A stretch of DNA of 64,000 nucleotides from Botryllus schlosseri (Eukaryota), in assembly GCA_051294905.1 (NCBI GenBank), contig CM119372.1, positions 34,164,001-34,228,000 on the forward strand, written 5' to 3'. Both the position numbers and the translations under genes were made by a program. Within the stretch, counting starts at the first letter, position 1, and the number at the start of each line of letters is the position of its first letter. Positions 13,026 through 27,424 of this stretch are shown here, in pieces. The notes beneath the pieces were generated by a model. It saw only the letters and a list, made by a program, of their open reading frames with translations, searched no databases and was not told the origin of the DNA.

Positions 13026-13590
13026 ACTTTTCTGAACCTTGTTCGATTTGTTGTAAATGGGTCTCCTTAAAAGCATCTTGGGAACCACTTCTAGGTGTTG
13101 AGTCCTTGATTTGGCACCTTTTCGTTAAGCATACATTAGGCAAATTTATGTTTGCCTACGATAATTATCAAAAAATACACATTTATTTTGCAGAACTCAT
13201 TGACCAATCCATGGAGGGGACGAAAATTTGCTGTGAATAATCGGCATACGGGCAAAATCCATTATTTTCTATAATTAAGTCGTGTCGGTGATTGTGTATA
13301 AGTATTTATTGCATTTCATAATTATTTCGATACGGAGAAACCTGATTATGGATTTGGTGCGAGTCTTATGCGTTATCTGAAAAGATAGCGAAGTAATTAT
13401 TCAACGCTCATTTGTGTCTACTGCATACTGATAATTGACTGCTGTGTGATATTAAAGAGTGTTGCGCAGGCTTACGTGTTACGTGTGTGCTTGCTCAATA
13501 TTTGCAAGAGGGTTCGAACCTCCGTTACTTAGCCCAGCTTGATCGTTACGCCAGAAACAGTAATATCGATTCCAATCCCGATATCCACAC

Positions 13591-14097
13591 CAGTGATGAG
13601 CGGATAGTAATTTCTGAGAATCCGAATCCGTCTGACAGCTCGCGTATCTGAGGAACTATCAGTCCGAATCCGAACAATCTCATCCAAAAATCCATTCGAA
13701 TCCGAACAATGTCGTCCAGAATACGAAAAGTCCGAATCGAATAACTTTTCCGAAGAATCCTGATTGCACGACTGAGCCGAGATACGATTAGGGCGTAGTC
13801 TTCACAAAGGCTAAGGTTAGGGTTTGCTGATTTGTATGTGCTTGGACCATTTACAGAACAACTTTAGAGTACTACCAGTCTTATCAGAACGTGTTTACTG
13901 TCCGTGTTTGGTTGTTCAGTTCAAATGACAAATCACGTCTGGTAAGAACTATTCGAAAATATCCGAAGCAGAAGTTACAACTATCCACAAATATCCGAAA
14001 CAAAATATGCAATAGAATGCGAATCCCATCAGACTGTCTCAAAATTGTGCGAAATCAGGCCGGAACCCTATCCGAGTCCGTCCGATGCTCATCACTG
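13591..14097. mobile_element. hAT-type MITE with (ATCCGA)n repeats
   Basis: TIRs CAGTGATGAGC / GCTCATCACTG; perfect TSD ATCCACAC. Confidence 0.9.
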
Positions 14098-14234
14098 ATC
14101 CACACATGCTTGAAATGCCAAGAGTGAACACTCATATTATGTCGTATCGATACGACGATTATACTTATTGCCAGATCTACATAGTTTATCTGACATGTAC
14201 AAAGCAATACTACAAACGTGAAATATGTTATAGG

Positions 14235-15521
14235 CAGAGGTGGTCAAAGTAGTCAAGAAAGCTACTCAAGTAGAAGTAGAAGTAGCGACGAAAAAATCTA
14301 CTCAAGTACGAGTAGAAGTACTTCTTCCATAAGCCACCTAAAACTACTTGAAGGAAAGCTAGAATTGACTGACGTTAAATTTACTCAAGTAAGTAAGTGG
14401 TTTTGAAAACAGTCTCAATTCGTTCGCACGGACTGTCAAATGCTGCAAATTGAGCTATGCGGAAGATGCAGATAGATTGATTCGTATTGATGCATCCCAG
14501 GAGGTATCAATTTGCGACAGAAGAAGCATTCTTTAGCATCATGGGATGCAAATGATAGTAATGATATGAAAATGCGATATTAACCTTGTTTACTAAGAGA
14601 CACCATTTTAGAGAATATCATGGCATGGCGCCCTACATCATGTTATAAGGCCCCAAGTTTAGGCGAAGAGCAATACGTAGAAGTTGCATCGGATACGGTT
14701 TCAACATTTTGCGAGATTGGTATACAAATATTGTATGCAAATTAGTATACAAATATTGTGGATCGTAAAATTTATATTTAGTGTAGCTTTATTTTCGGAA
14801 AATAGAGGCATTACTACACTTGCTTTTATGCTTCAACATGTATATTCTGCAGACAAAAGAACTGAAAGTAATTAGAACTCAAAGTATGATACTCTGAGTA
14901 TCATACTCGGAACTGCAATTGAAATACAAATACTTCAAACACTTCTAAAAAGCGGAAAATATATTTCATGTCTTTTGTTCATAAAGCTTCAAAGGTAGGT
15001 AATCTGCTAAAAAAGGCGTAGCGTTCCAAACAGCCAGAATTTCCAGATTAACAGGACACGTCATGGGCTGCTAGATAACGATAGGTAATTGCTAAATTGC
15101 GAAACGGTGGTTTCAAACGCCATATTTACTGTGATGAAATATTTGATATGGGTGACGATGCAGTATGAGCGGAACCATAAGCAATCTGGTACCTAAATTA
15201 TATTCATATATTTGGCATTCCATATACTGTGCGCGAAGCGCAATAATATTTCTGGGCTTTACTTTACTTTTTTAATATTAAATGGTGGCCCTCCGTGAAA
15301 CCAGCCCCGAAATTCCTCAGGCTATCTTTCGTATTGGGGGGTTAAACTACTTCTACTTGACAAACTGAAAATAGCGAAAAGTAAGTAAGTAGATCACAAA
15401 ATATTACGAAGTAGTAATAGAAGTAGAGAAAATCATATCTACTTGAGTAAGTAGCAGAAGTAGAGGAAAACTACTTCAGTACTTCCAAAAAGTAGAAGTG
15501 CATCGTTACTGACCACCTCTG
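14235..15521 (+). mobile_element. Non-autonomous hAT element (AGTAG/TACTC-rich ends), family B
   Basis: TIRs CAGAGGTGGTCA / TGACCACCTCTG; TSD GTTATAGG/ATTATAGG (7/8); inverted homologue at 59903-61150. Confidence 0.88.
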
Positions 15522-16986
15522 ATTATAGGCTACATGATGAAGAAAAGGATTAATTCAATTGTCCGAATTTTTCGCTGCTGATGGTGAAGATTAATTTTAC
15601 GGAATGACAGTTTTAAAGTTGCAACCCTCTTACGGGCCGTGGTAATCTTTATTATTTATCTTGAGCTAATATGTTCACACCACACGTTAAGACTATCCAT
15701 GAGTTTTCGAACGGTGAGCATCGGGCGGGCCACTAGTAATTACTTACTTAGTTAAAGCATGCTGTTTTGTCGCGACTTCCGGAAAATGTTGTCGCCACTC
15801 AAAAGTTATCTCACGCGTACCACAACTCAATAAAAAATTGGTAAGATACGCACGGTTCCCAATTTGCATTTATTCACAGCGCGCAAAATTTATTCCTCTG
15901 CTTCTTAGCATTTGTGCCGTGGGACTCAGATTGCAATTAATGAGCCATCCCGCGCGATCTTAGGACAAGGTTCTAACGCCGGCGATATTTCTGGGATCGC
16001 ACTTCGTGTTGGCTAAGACATACCTGCCTTGGTGTGTCTTTTTAGCGCCGTAAAGCTGATACCTAATAGTCCCGCAACCGCTGGCAGCACACGCATATAA
16101 TTAGATTCAATTCTGAATATCGTGCGTTTCTTTATTCAGGCCTATTTTTTGATTTTTTGATTTATCAAGAGGCGGGCACGCTATAATTAACATACCACTG
16201 AAACCATATATCGCGCAAAGCGCGATGAAAAATTTCAAGTCGGATACATATGGTCAATAATAATAAACCTATATTAAGTTTTGAAAAATGTTCAAAAATT
16301 ATTGGGAGCACGGCCCCATTCTCCCAGTCCTGGCGACGCCAGTGCTATTGTATATATACATAGGCCTATGTATTAATACCGCTAACAGACTGTTTTGCGA
16401 TATTAAAGAAAGCTCGGTGGATTTACATGCGTGCTCAATACTTGCAGGAGATTGTAAGACACTAGTACATGTAGTGTTTTGAGGCAGAGACTGTATAATA
16501 TCAACTGCAAATACATATAATTACACATTATTGAAATGATAATAACGCAACCCCTTCATAAGAAAACAAAAATCACAATTCGAGCTCATAACATTATGTC
16601 GCTTCGGTACGTCGATTATACTTCCTTCTAGATATACATAGCTAATCGGAGATAATCAGATAAGCATAAAACAGGAATACTAGCGACATACAATAATATA
16701 CTAAATATGATCCAGAGACGGGTCAATACAATCATCGAGATTTTTGGTTTCTGATGGGAAAAAATGTTAGCGAATGACTTGTTGAACGTGACAACTCCCT
16801 ATGTATGGGATCTGGTAGTCTATAAGGACGATTATACACTGCTTACGCCTCTATACCGACAACAGCTCACCATCGCTTCTGAAATCAATAATGGTGACAA
16901 TATCAGAACTTATTGCCAATGAGTTTACATCCCTGTCGGTATACATGCCAAGGCGATCACACGAAGACGAAGACGGTCATTAAATC

Positions 16987-17205
16987 TGTTTGTTTGTTTG
17001 AGGTATTCATTGTGTTTGTCGACTACTTTGTACATTTACACCACGCCAATTTTCTTCATTTTTATTCCGTAGCTGCCGACTTGTAGCACTGCCCACTTCC
17101 AGGCTTTTCATAAGACACCGCTTACGCGGATAAGATGGCGAGGATGAGCCTGGATAAACCTCCAACACTTAGGTAATTAAATCTCTATTCGCAGTCGACT
17201 AGTCA
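16987..17205 (-). mobile_element. 5'-truncated copy of the tRNA-SINE family at 58880
   Basis: Reverse complement matches the body and (CAAA)n tail of 58935-59136 (GTCGACAAACAC, GCGGTGTCTTA, CCTAAGTG). Confidence 0.75.
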
Positions 17206-17926
17206 CGAAACATCTTAGGGTTCACGATTATAATAATTATTAATTGTAATCACTGGTTTGCCTGGAAAATAAGGATCACTTCGTGGAATAATTTTGAATT
17301 TCCTGAAGAGTTCAACCCAAGCATTGCTCACCGAGGACTGACCGGTATAGCTGCGGTACCGGCGGATAGAATATAATACTAATCTGTGTGCTGCGTAGGC
17401 CGGCGGAACGCGCATCCCCCAAACTGAAAAGAGAGTGGCCTCTCACTGTCTTCGAGCTTCAGATCCATATTTTAGTCAGTCTGACGTGGAATGCATAGTG
17501 CGGACGCTATACAAAATGGTAAATGGTAAGCGAGTAACAAATTGTGCGAATCCCTGGTTTAGTTAAATGCCTTGAATGAGCTTGAACTCGCCCGGCAGCT
17601 ACTTTCCACCATAACGTTGTAGCAAACTACAATGAATTGGCGAAGTATAAATGAAAATTAATTTCAAGGTCAGTGGCCATATCGATGTTCATTACTCACC
17701 CTCAAGCGGAATGCTTCGGATCCGTGTTCAGACAGCACAATCGAAAACAGAATTCCCATTTGATCAGGAATCCTAACTGGATTGGATCCGGATCTTCAAT
17801 AACACGACCCTTGCTTGTGTAATTATAATTGAGTCACCGCGGTACGCCCGCGAAGCAATTTCAGGTTATGCTCGACTAATTCATAATTATTCACTTCGTT
17901 GCACGCATCTAGCCGTTGAAATATCG

Positions 17927-18075
17927 AGAGAGAGAGAGAGAGAGAATCTTTATTCGTATACATTACATATCAACATAACACTACAAAAAATGTAACAGTG
18001 AAATGCGACATGCAAGGTAGACGGGAGGCTCGATATGACATAGTCTTCAGAGCCGAGCCACCCGGGACAGGAGCA
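17927..18075 (-). mobile_element. Probable LINE/SINE 3' end with (TC)n tail
   Basis: On - strand, AATAAAGA followed by (TC)n: the same tail architecture as the LINE end at ~45990. Confidence 0.45.
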
Positions 18076-18584
18076 ATTTTCACAGTCGATAACTAATGAA
18101 AATCGATGTTTATGTGAGTAACGTAAACTAGCGATAGTCTACACTACATACGCATTTGGGCTTTGGGCTTTCCCAAGACGATATAGCTCTTCAAAATAAC
18201 TTGGCGTATTCGTAGCCATTACTGCGACGAGCTGATGTGGATCAGGTGGGAATGAACTGGTATTAAGTATATTTGACTTGTGGTCATCAACGTTTCGGGA
18301 TGCGTGCTAAGGTAGGCCTACCCAATAAAATGGTTCTACCCGTCAGTCACTCGAGAAGGTTATCGAATATTTGCACCGAAGGTCTTTGTCCACTAAGCGT
18401 CAGTAAATAGTTTTTCGTTTTATGGCGGTAATTTTAATATGAAACTGTCGCTCTTTTCCGAAATGTAGCCTACATGGTTATCCCAAATCGAGAAAATCAA
18501 TGCTTATTGACTGCACAACAAAACGGTATGTGAAACTTGACCTCAAGCTGTCGACAGGGCTGTTGAAATGAAGGCAATTGTTGA

Positions 18585-19933
18585 CTATTGGCGGGTGCTG
18601 TAATGCGCCCAAAAAGTGAAGCCACTTGACACCACTGTTAACCCGGATAGCATGTGCAGCTGGATCGATACGCATGCAAGATCTGTCAAGATATAAACGA
18701 TCATTGTACCACAGGCCAAACCAAAAGTTTGCACGACGTAAGCTGAATTGTGATCAATAAAATAGGTACCGGAAATCATATAGGCCTACACAGTCACTCT
18801 ACGTAAAGCGTGCGTCGCACCCATCAGGATAGCCAGAACGGTCCGTGGACATATTGTGCGACCTAATTGACGGTTGCCAAATGGCAGCCACTGAATATCC
18901 AGATGCTTCCACCACCAAACTCAGTATCAGTAGAAATGGCATCGGTGTGTAATTTCCGAGTGCGGTTACCGATGAACAGACAAGGAATGAAGTATATACG
19001 TGACGAACAAAACCTTATCTAAATGATCAACACCGAGCACACACGAGCCATAAGCGCGTGACATGTCCGACCAAATGAAACCAGCAATGAAGCCTTGCTG
19101 CAATAGGGCTGGAATGGTCAGCAAACCTGGCTTTGAAACCGCGTGACGAATCAAACGTTAAAATTAATTTTTACAATCTACCATCAATTCCGTGAGATAC
19201 CCCAAATTTCTATTTTCGCTTGACACGGCATACCATTGAACCAATATATACCCAGTACTTGAACTCCGCAACATAAGCACAGGTACATACGTATAGAAAT
19301 TAACGTCGGTACCAATTGTCTACTAGAATCAGTCGCAAACGCGTAATCAGACGGGCAATCGTTTGCTGCGCGTTTTGTCAAGTCACGAGTCGAGTCTGAG
19401 AAATTGGTGAAGTCATCAGTGATTTCCCTTTTTAAGAACAAGTCAGGCACAAGGCTGAAGATAGCTTGACCCAGCCCCAGAATGGCGACGAATATTCCGA
19501 CAGCCGCTTCAGTACCGACTTGTTTGTCACTTGGCTGCGTCGACTGCGATATTGATGAGATTATGACTCCGAGTGCGGGCATTATTAGGCCCCCGCCGAC
19601 ACCCAGCAGCATGCCTGCGGGCGTTACAGTCCAAAATCGAGGGTAGCCTATAGCAACGCTAGAGTAAATAACAACGAAGGAACTTGGCCTAAATGTAAGC
19701 ACGCTTTCTTCCCCAAAATACTAATAATTGGTACGTAAATCAGCAGTGTCACAATGCAGAGAGCTTCGTAAACCACTACACTAATCGATCCCAGTTCCCA
19801 GTGCGCCCTTCACTCCAATGCTTCACTGTAAGGCAGTAAGATTGTACTGCAGGCCAGCAACCATTGCAAAGCCAATTGAAACTTCATAAATGCGTAGTTT
19901 AGCGGACATTGCTCTTCGCCCCAAATCCACCAT
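18585..19933 (-). pseudogene. UNC93A-like: UNC-93-like MFS membrane protein pseudogene (intronless, frameshifted)
   Basis: Colinear UNC93 motifs: LTALQ-SI, YPRFWTVTPAGMLLGVGGG, AANDCP, GFIAGFIWSDMSRAYGSCVLGV, C-terminal TMs (ISGTYF...FGLACGTMIVYILTDLACV); internal stops and frameshifts. Confidence 0.8.
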
Positions 19934-20739
19934 TGTAAATCATATAAGCTGTTGTGTGCATATTAGATATGCAACACTCCGTTAAAATTCAATTGTGTGA
20001 TCGATTATGAGCTGGTCTGATCGTATCAAACAATCTCGATTGTCGTCATCCAATCGTGACTATGCAAGTGTATAGGTAGGGCTGTTGAAAACAAAAACAA
20101 ATTCTTCCAAATCTTTCTTGCTACCTGATTAAATTGTCAGGTTGCCCAAAAAAAAAACGATGCACACCAAATTTGACTCAATTCCAACCAGCAGATGCCG
20201 AGTTCTTACAAATTGAAATTTTGGCCATTTTTTAAATAACAGTATTTACGGTGGCAAATTTCGTCACTCCAACATGACGAAAAATCGTGTTCAAGGCATG
20301 CCCGAAGGCGCAGGGATGCTTTTTCTACCCGTTTACATCTTGACAAGGGCCTATGGTAGAGTTTGGATTTTAACATCGTCAGTTAACGAAAAAAAAGATA
20401 TGAGACGGATTAGCTGGAAATAAGTCGACTTCATTGAAATAGCTACGTGCAAATGATGGTGATATAATTTGCAAATAAAATACCTTTCACATTAAAATTA
20501 ACGACCACGGAAACGAAATAAACTGACAAGCAGGTAAATACACGGTCAAATATATTTCTCAATTGATAGTTAATATCTATATTCTGTCTGTCCAATGTAG
20601 TACGTGTAGTACAACTGTACAATACAACTAATCTGAAACTATAAGTCGTGTGCGTTCTTTGCGAGCAGTGCCAATTATCACTGCAATGTATATCATCTGC
20701 AATTCATTTATTACGGAATTTTGTGATACGATTGTTGAT

Positions 20740-20850
20740 ATACAATGTTCTTTCCAATTCTCTACTAGTTGCTGACGATTACCCCTGACGAGTGTCAGCC
20801 GAAAATATTCGGGTTCATTTCAATATGAATATACTATTTAATTGCATGAC
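20740..20850 (+). repeat. Dispersed short repeat with hammerhead-like core (other copies on - strand at ~1815-1920 and ~38020-38125)
   Basis: ACCC-CTGACGA-GTGTCAGCC-GAAA-ATAT-TC-GGGT at 20781-20814; flanks match the two - strand copies. Confidence 0.6.
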
Positions 20851-23595
20851 GGAATTATAAACTATTTTAATACGCTACATGCCTCTACTTGCACATTACC
20901 ATAAAACGAACAATTAATTTTCCGCTTAATACAGACATACCCGTTTCTCCGTTTAAATCGGCCAAGAGTGTGCGGAACAAAACAAAGTGCGCTCAGCATC
21001 CACGGATAGCATGAAGGAGAAAAAACGTGGTGCGGACCAGTGGTGGCCCTGCGATTGGAGGGGCTCTTGGCGAGGCTTCCGGAGGGGGGGGGGGCTACAA
21101 GTATGTAATCGCAGCTTCTGGAGGCAGACCTCCATTTCGCATCTATTGTTACCAACTTAATATAAGTGCGCCATTGGGAAACGGGATTACGCGGTGTGCA
21201 TATGGCACTTTAACAAGACTTTGACACAGGCCAAAATGTTGAATTGCTCTATAGCTCATGAGCCTTCTTTTATCATACATGGTCAAATTATGAAAGATGT
21301 GAACCAATGTATGATTCTCACCGCTTTAGCGCCCCTATGGAGCGATGGCGGTCGTAATTGTTCCTCCATCAGGCTACCATTGTGTGCAGAAATATTGCCG
21401 TTGTTTTTCCTCTATGGCGACTCGGTACTGCGAATGCACGAGTTGTTGGTTATTGCAACACTACTATCGCCTGATTTCATGTCATTGCTAGCGAAATCCA
21501 GACCCTACTTCTTCATTATAGCTGTTTGAGAAGCCTTAGCGTGTGACTGTATTTTTGCTTTAATTCAACTGTTGCCGACGTTGTCTTCTGATGTCACTAT
21601 AGTAACAGTAACAATTTACACAGCAATGTATGGAGCTTGTATAGTCTTACACAGCAATGTATGGATCTTGTATATTCTGAGTTGTTGACGGGTCTACCAG
21701 AGTTCAGTTTTGCCGACGTAGACAGAATTGCTAGTGAATCAAGAGGTAACGAAAATAGTAAAGGCTATAAATTATCCGCTGAATCTTACATACGAGATTT
21801 TAGAGGCATGTTGTAATTTATACTAGCAGAGGTCCTTGGTAGATTTATTCAAGCACTCAAATTATAGGCTCCTAACTGGCTTTGAGAATTAGACTTCGTG
21901 ACTTTGCAAGTATCATCTGTGATCCTGATGAGTTTTGGGGTGGGCGAGGTGGGCGGACGTCCGCCCCCCCTGGTCGAAGGCCCCCCCAAGGATAATGACG
22001 AATAAACATGGAAATCCGTGTCAAGCAAGAATATGATTCCGTACATATGTGCCAATCGTCATCAAATCACTGCATTTGTTAGAATAGTCCCGTATCCCGA
22101 TAATCATCACGTCTCAGCATGCGGTAGAATTACTTAGTTTTGATGTAGTCTATCCTTGCAGACATGCAAAATAGACATGGCCGAATCCAGCACCTGGGCA
22201 AACCTTTGCGGTGACGAAAGATAGATAATAATACCCGCTGCGAAAGGGGGGTCCAGAAGTTACGGATAGATACTTATAGGGGGCCCCCGGTAAGTCTCGC
22301 CCAGCCCCCCCCCCCCGTTCGTAGGGTCGCCACTGAGTTTGAGCATGTCAGTATCAGCACAGTGTTGTTGGGGTCAATGCTTGATATTGCATATTGTCAA
22401 AACAAAAAATTGTGCTGGAAACTAAAATCAAATAACTTGTCAACAAATTGTTTAGTAATAAACAAATACGAAGCTTTACAATATGACTACAAATTGCTAC
22501 CATTGCAATGTTTCCAGTTGCACTGCCCCAGTCCCATGATTGTCAAGTGCACCATATACTGCTGCAGTATTTTATGTTCCAGGTGCAGATGTGCCTCATC
22601 GACCAGCCACAACGCCACGGACCATCGACAAGGATATTTCGAAATCTGATGAGAAAGCTAGAACTGTCATGGACACCTTGCTCATTTGCGGGATATGAAA
22701 GCGTCATGGAGACCCGGAGATCTGTCATTTAAACTGGGTTTAGACTTGTTCTCCACGGTGGACACATCCACCAAGCCGCTAGCTAACTCCCAGTTGTGTC
22801 CCGGATAGCTTTGTGCATATAACCGGCTAGCTCATAGCAAATAAATTGCCAATATATCTGATAATTTGTCAATATACAATACCCAACAGAACTATTGAAT
22901 GTTATTTGTTTGTTTATTGAGCAGATAAAAAATGAATGGGTTAGCGATATAAAGCAGACTTGACCTGTGTGTATGTAGCCACTATGGCCATGTGGTGCGA
23001 TACCAATCAAGCATTTACAAGTTACATAGTTCTTATAGTAATAAAAATGCTCACTCTGAAGAAACAAGCATGGTGGTATCTGCACTTGTTATTCACAGCA
23101 GTCAATTATTATCATGTTTGCTACCATAATTTCCTCATCTGAAGGATCAGGCATATGTTCTCTGATTTTCTCTCTATTCACCCAAATTGCGAATTTCCCA
23201 AGAGTAAAATATGAACAATTTGCGTAAGTTATCGATAATCTTCTAACAGATGCAGTGGGCAAGTTGAATCGAACACCAAGGTCTTTCACTCCAAAGCCTT
23301 GGTGAATCCGACAAAGAAATAAAAAGAGTTCGTCTTGCAATGGCAGAGTTTATGACTTTGCCTTGAAATTCTTCAATATACCACTTCTGAGATCATTTTT
23401 AACAGCTGATAAAATTGGAACAGTTGCAGCTGTTGATGAGACTATATCAAAAAACTTCAAAACAAATCCATAACTTGAAAATCCAGAGTAACACAGAAAC
23501 ATATGTCATCGGATGCTTTGAATCGTGCACAAAATCAGCTTCTCTAGCTCGTTACTTAAATCCCGAATTATTCCCTTTGCTTTAGGGTTCTATAC

Positions 23596-23997
23596 CAATA
23601 CCGAGAAAACCATTACCGAGAACGAACATTACCGAGAACGCTATTACCGAGAATGGACATTACAGAGAATGGACACCACAGAGAATGGACATTACCGAGA
23701 ATTGACACCACAGAGAATGGACATTACCGAGAATTGACACCACAGAGAATGGACAGAACCGAGAATTGACACCACAGAGAATGGACAGAACCAAGAATTG
23801 ACACCACAGAGAATGGACATTACCGAGAATATTGACAATACCGAGAATGGACATTACCGAGAATATTGACATTACAGAGAATGTACATTATCGAGAATGG
23901 ACACCACAGAGAATGGTCATTACCGAGATTATGGACAATACCGGGAATGGACATTACAGAGAATGGACACCACCGAGAATGGCCATTACCGAGAATG
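23596..23997 (+). repeat. Left TIR array, ~25 x 16-bp unit (TTACCGAGAATGGACA / CCACAGAGAATTGACA variants)
   Basis: Direct reading of tandem units; reverse complement of 34385-34926. Confidence 0.95.
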
Positions 23998-26900
23998 TAT
24001 ATTTCCGAATATGAAGAATGTCGTGAAAGCTGAACCAGAAAATACCTAATATCACGACGTTGGGATCAATGTTATTTATAGTTGTTACGCGCTGTTGTCC
24101 AAGGGACCGCGCAGTGAGTTGGGGAGTGCGCGCAGCCTCGTGAAAAATTAGAGAGTGATGCACATACGATTTGTGTTTGTGCAATGTGCAATGTGCATAT
24201 GCAAAACATGCGTGCATTATAGGCATTGTGCATATGAGACAGGACAGAAATGTGGTAATCTAACCCGTTTACTGTAAAATGTCTCGTACTACTTTCTGCC
24301 ACCGATAAGGTGATAAGCGTCGCATTGTTTCCTTCTGAACAATTAACAATTAATAATAACAATATGCTGCTGGAAGGGGAAGGTGCAGAATAGCCTTATA
24401 AGGCTTTCTAAGTCGAGCAAAGTAAACATTATTGAGAGGACATTACTAGTAGCCTAAAGCCAACCGTTTGCTGAAAATGACTAAGCTGCATCAACCGAAA
24501 ATGTAGGCCATGATCTGCCTAGATACTTGTTTATCCCCTTTTCGAGATTTGAAAGAATTGATGCCTTCTTGCTTCATACCAATCACAGCAGCTCGATGAG
24601 TTCCGCTAGTATTACAGATATCCGTTCCTTTGAAGAAAACTATTGTGTCATAGTTTGCCTTTTCGCTATCAAGCAGATAAAACGAATTGAGATACGAATC
24701 ACAGCAGGTTGATGGGTTATTAGAGGTATCCATGCCAGTGAAGCGATGGAATTCCTTATCGAACCATAGTTTCTTTAGTGGCTCTTAATCATATTATGCT
24801 CTTTTAAGATTAGAATCACAGCAGGTTGTTACAGATTTGTGCGCCAGTGAAGCGAAATTATTCAATGTTATGCCGTAGTTGCGGTATCATCATCACACTA
24901 ATGTGGAGTGTTCGAGACAATCAGCTGTTTTAAAACCAACCGTATCGGTCAATCACATGCTTTACGACTAAAAGTCATGACAGGTGTTGGTCAGCTAAGG
25001 AAGGTGGACGACGAATGGCAGAACAATCAGGACCTAATGTATTAGCAAAATACATTACTTCGACCCGAGGAAATAAGTTAATCGCTGTTGGCGAGTTCGT
25101 ATTTAGGAGAATGAAAGTTTCGAATGGTACTTCGTACTGGATATGCACGCATTATGACAGAAAAAAATGTCGGTGTTCATTGAAAGTCCTTGAAGGATCA
25201 GAGCCACCAATCGTTCTGAAGCAATCTCAAGAACACAATCACTGTGCTACGTTTGGCATAGTAGAGGCAAAAGAAATGGTTCAAAGGTATGATGTTATTT
25301 CAATATCGTTTTATGGGAAATGTATTCACGTCTAGCCAGACCAGTGGTTCTCAAACTGGGGTCCGCGAGACAATTTTTCGAGACCGCGAAACACGTTCCA
25401 ACAAATTCACTAATAATATTGAGTTTCCCGTTTGCTATTTCGGCTCGTTCGTGAATAGCGCAATACCGTTTGTGAACCGAATGCATAAAGAGTAGTGATC
25501 AATCGTTTTCGGGGGTTGCATTTGAATTTGAAATGGTTGAATGTTATTCACAAAACTAGACGCTGGAATTAAATATATGAAAAAGGAAAAATCCTGATAA
25601 ACGGTGGTAAAGTCAAATGATTCAATAAATATAGTTTGTTACCCACACATGGCAACAAACCTTCAAGTCTATTTTTGAATGCAGTCCTCGAATTGTGCTA
25701 TGATGACGTCAAGTTTCATTACGTTTGAAGCTGGTCTTTCGATATGTTTACTTGCGATGACGCTAACGTATGTTGCAAGTTTATTATAGTGCTTACCAAG
25801 AATGGCATTTTCTTTGGGATCAAATAACAGTCTCTATTTAGAATGAAAATCCAAGGTTCCGTAAGCAACGAAGCACCATCGAAAATATATGCCTCTGCAA
25901 TGGCATCCGCACAATTAAGTCCCTCAGGGGCAATTGCGATGGGGAGGAAAGAAGCCGTAAAACGAGCCATACGTCGTGTTAGATACAGAAATAATCAAGC
26001 GGTAAAGTATAGAAATAATATTAGCTATTTGTTAAAATGAAATATATTTCAATTACATTGCTTTCAGCCCTCTCTACCAAAGTAATTACAAGAACTGGAG
26101 ATTGGTACCTTGGAAACATCCGGAGGGGAAAATCTGGTTCTGTATGACAGTGGGCGATCAGCCAGTAACAGGAGATTTATCGTCTTTTCTAATGATACAT
26201 TACTAGAAAACATGACAAGGTAAGGACATATCTCGCTTTTTTATTAATTCGATACGTTGCACATGTCTGAGCAGCGTAGGCCAATGTATATATTTCTATA
26301 GTGGAGTGCCGTTATCGTTAATATTTAGGTTTGGTGATGTCTTTCTATGTAATGTACTGATATAGAAACAACCGTTAGCTAATCTAATGTATTGTCGCAC
26401 TGCTGTTAATTTCATACTAAGCATTTTTAAAAGGGTTGTTTTTCTTCTGCCTTATTCTCGATTATTCACCAGATACACAGAATGGCACGCCGACGGCACA
26501 TTTAAAACTGTGCCAAATCTCTTCCATCAGATGTACACCATCCATTTTACAAAAGATCATGAAACTGTCCCTGGAGTTTACGCTCTCTTGAACCATAAAG
26601 ACGTATCCATGTACAAAGAGTTACTGTAGGTAAATCATAGACGTCGTTTCGATGGGTTTACAAACATGTGTAGAGCGCTACACCTGCATGAGCAGTGAGT
26701 CTGCATATTCGACTATGCGTAACTAATTAGCCTATTCCTATATCAACAGGTGCTAAAACAAAGAGGCCAGACTTGAATCCGACAACACTTATGCACGACT
26801 TTGAATCCTCAGCGATTCGAGCATTCTCGGAAGTATTTCCGAACATTAAAATCACGGGCTGCCTATTTCGTTTGAGCCAAAATGTGCAGAGAAAGGTCCA

Positions 26901-27424
26901 GGAATTAGGTTTGAAAACTGAGTATCAATCTAATTCCGGTTTCTCCGCTCAGGTAAGCGTTCATTTTAGCTACGGCGTCAACGCTAAGTGTAAAACGGGA
27001 TGATTACTTTCAGGTGAAGTGCTTGACGGCCCTTGCTTTTGTGCCCGAGTGCGACGTCAAACATTGCTTCGAAATATTGACTTCTTCCAACTCAGGCTGG
27101 CCAAGTTTTGCCGAAGACTTGGCTAATTATTTCAGGGACACATATATAGGTAGGCTATATTAACAGATGCAATCTTTTTCACTGTTGCGGATTGGATTGG
27201 CCACATTGAAATTCTTGCTGATCTGGATTATTTTGTATTCCGTCATCAGGTTTGAATCAGTGTAAGATAGTATAGCATTTTTGGTGTGTTGAGATGTCTA
27301 AAACTATGGGGTAGAATCGAAGACTACTCTAACGATGTTCATATTGTTATTATTGTATCTTCACGACCTTGTTGTTCTATCTTAACCACCTAAATCTTTA
27401 TAATCACCACCCGTCAGACTAGAT

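Noticed and set aside
13505..13550. tRNA gene (GGTTCGAACC B-box); also the SINE head at 58880
   Set aside because: No cloverleaf; isolated box or SINE-derived.
21616..21675. 31-bp tandem duplication (also a 26-bp one at 33830-33881)
   Set aside because: Ordinary two-copy slippage duplications.
22362..22732. Possible YqaJ-like second ORF of the ISL2EU element on the + strand
   Set aside because: Only a YFMFQVQ-like word; no other nuclease motifs visible.
23596..23997. CRISPR-like appearance of the tandem array
   Set aside because: No unique spacers, eukaryotic context, mirrored at the other transposon end.
23525..24014. Repetitive ORFs (RMDITENGHYRE...) here and at 34224-35059
   Set aside because: Translation artefacts of the 16-bp TIR arrays.
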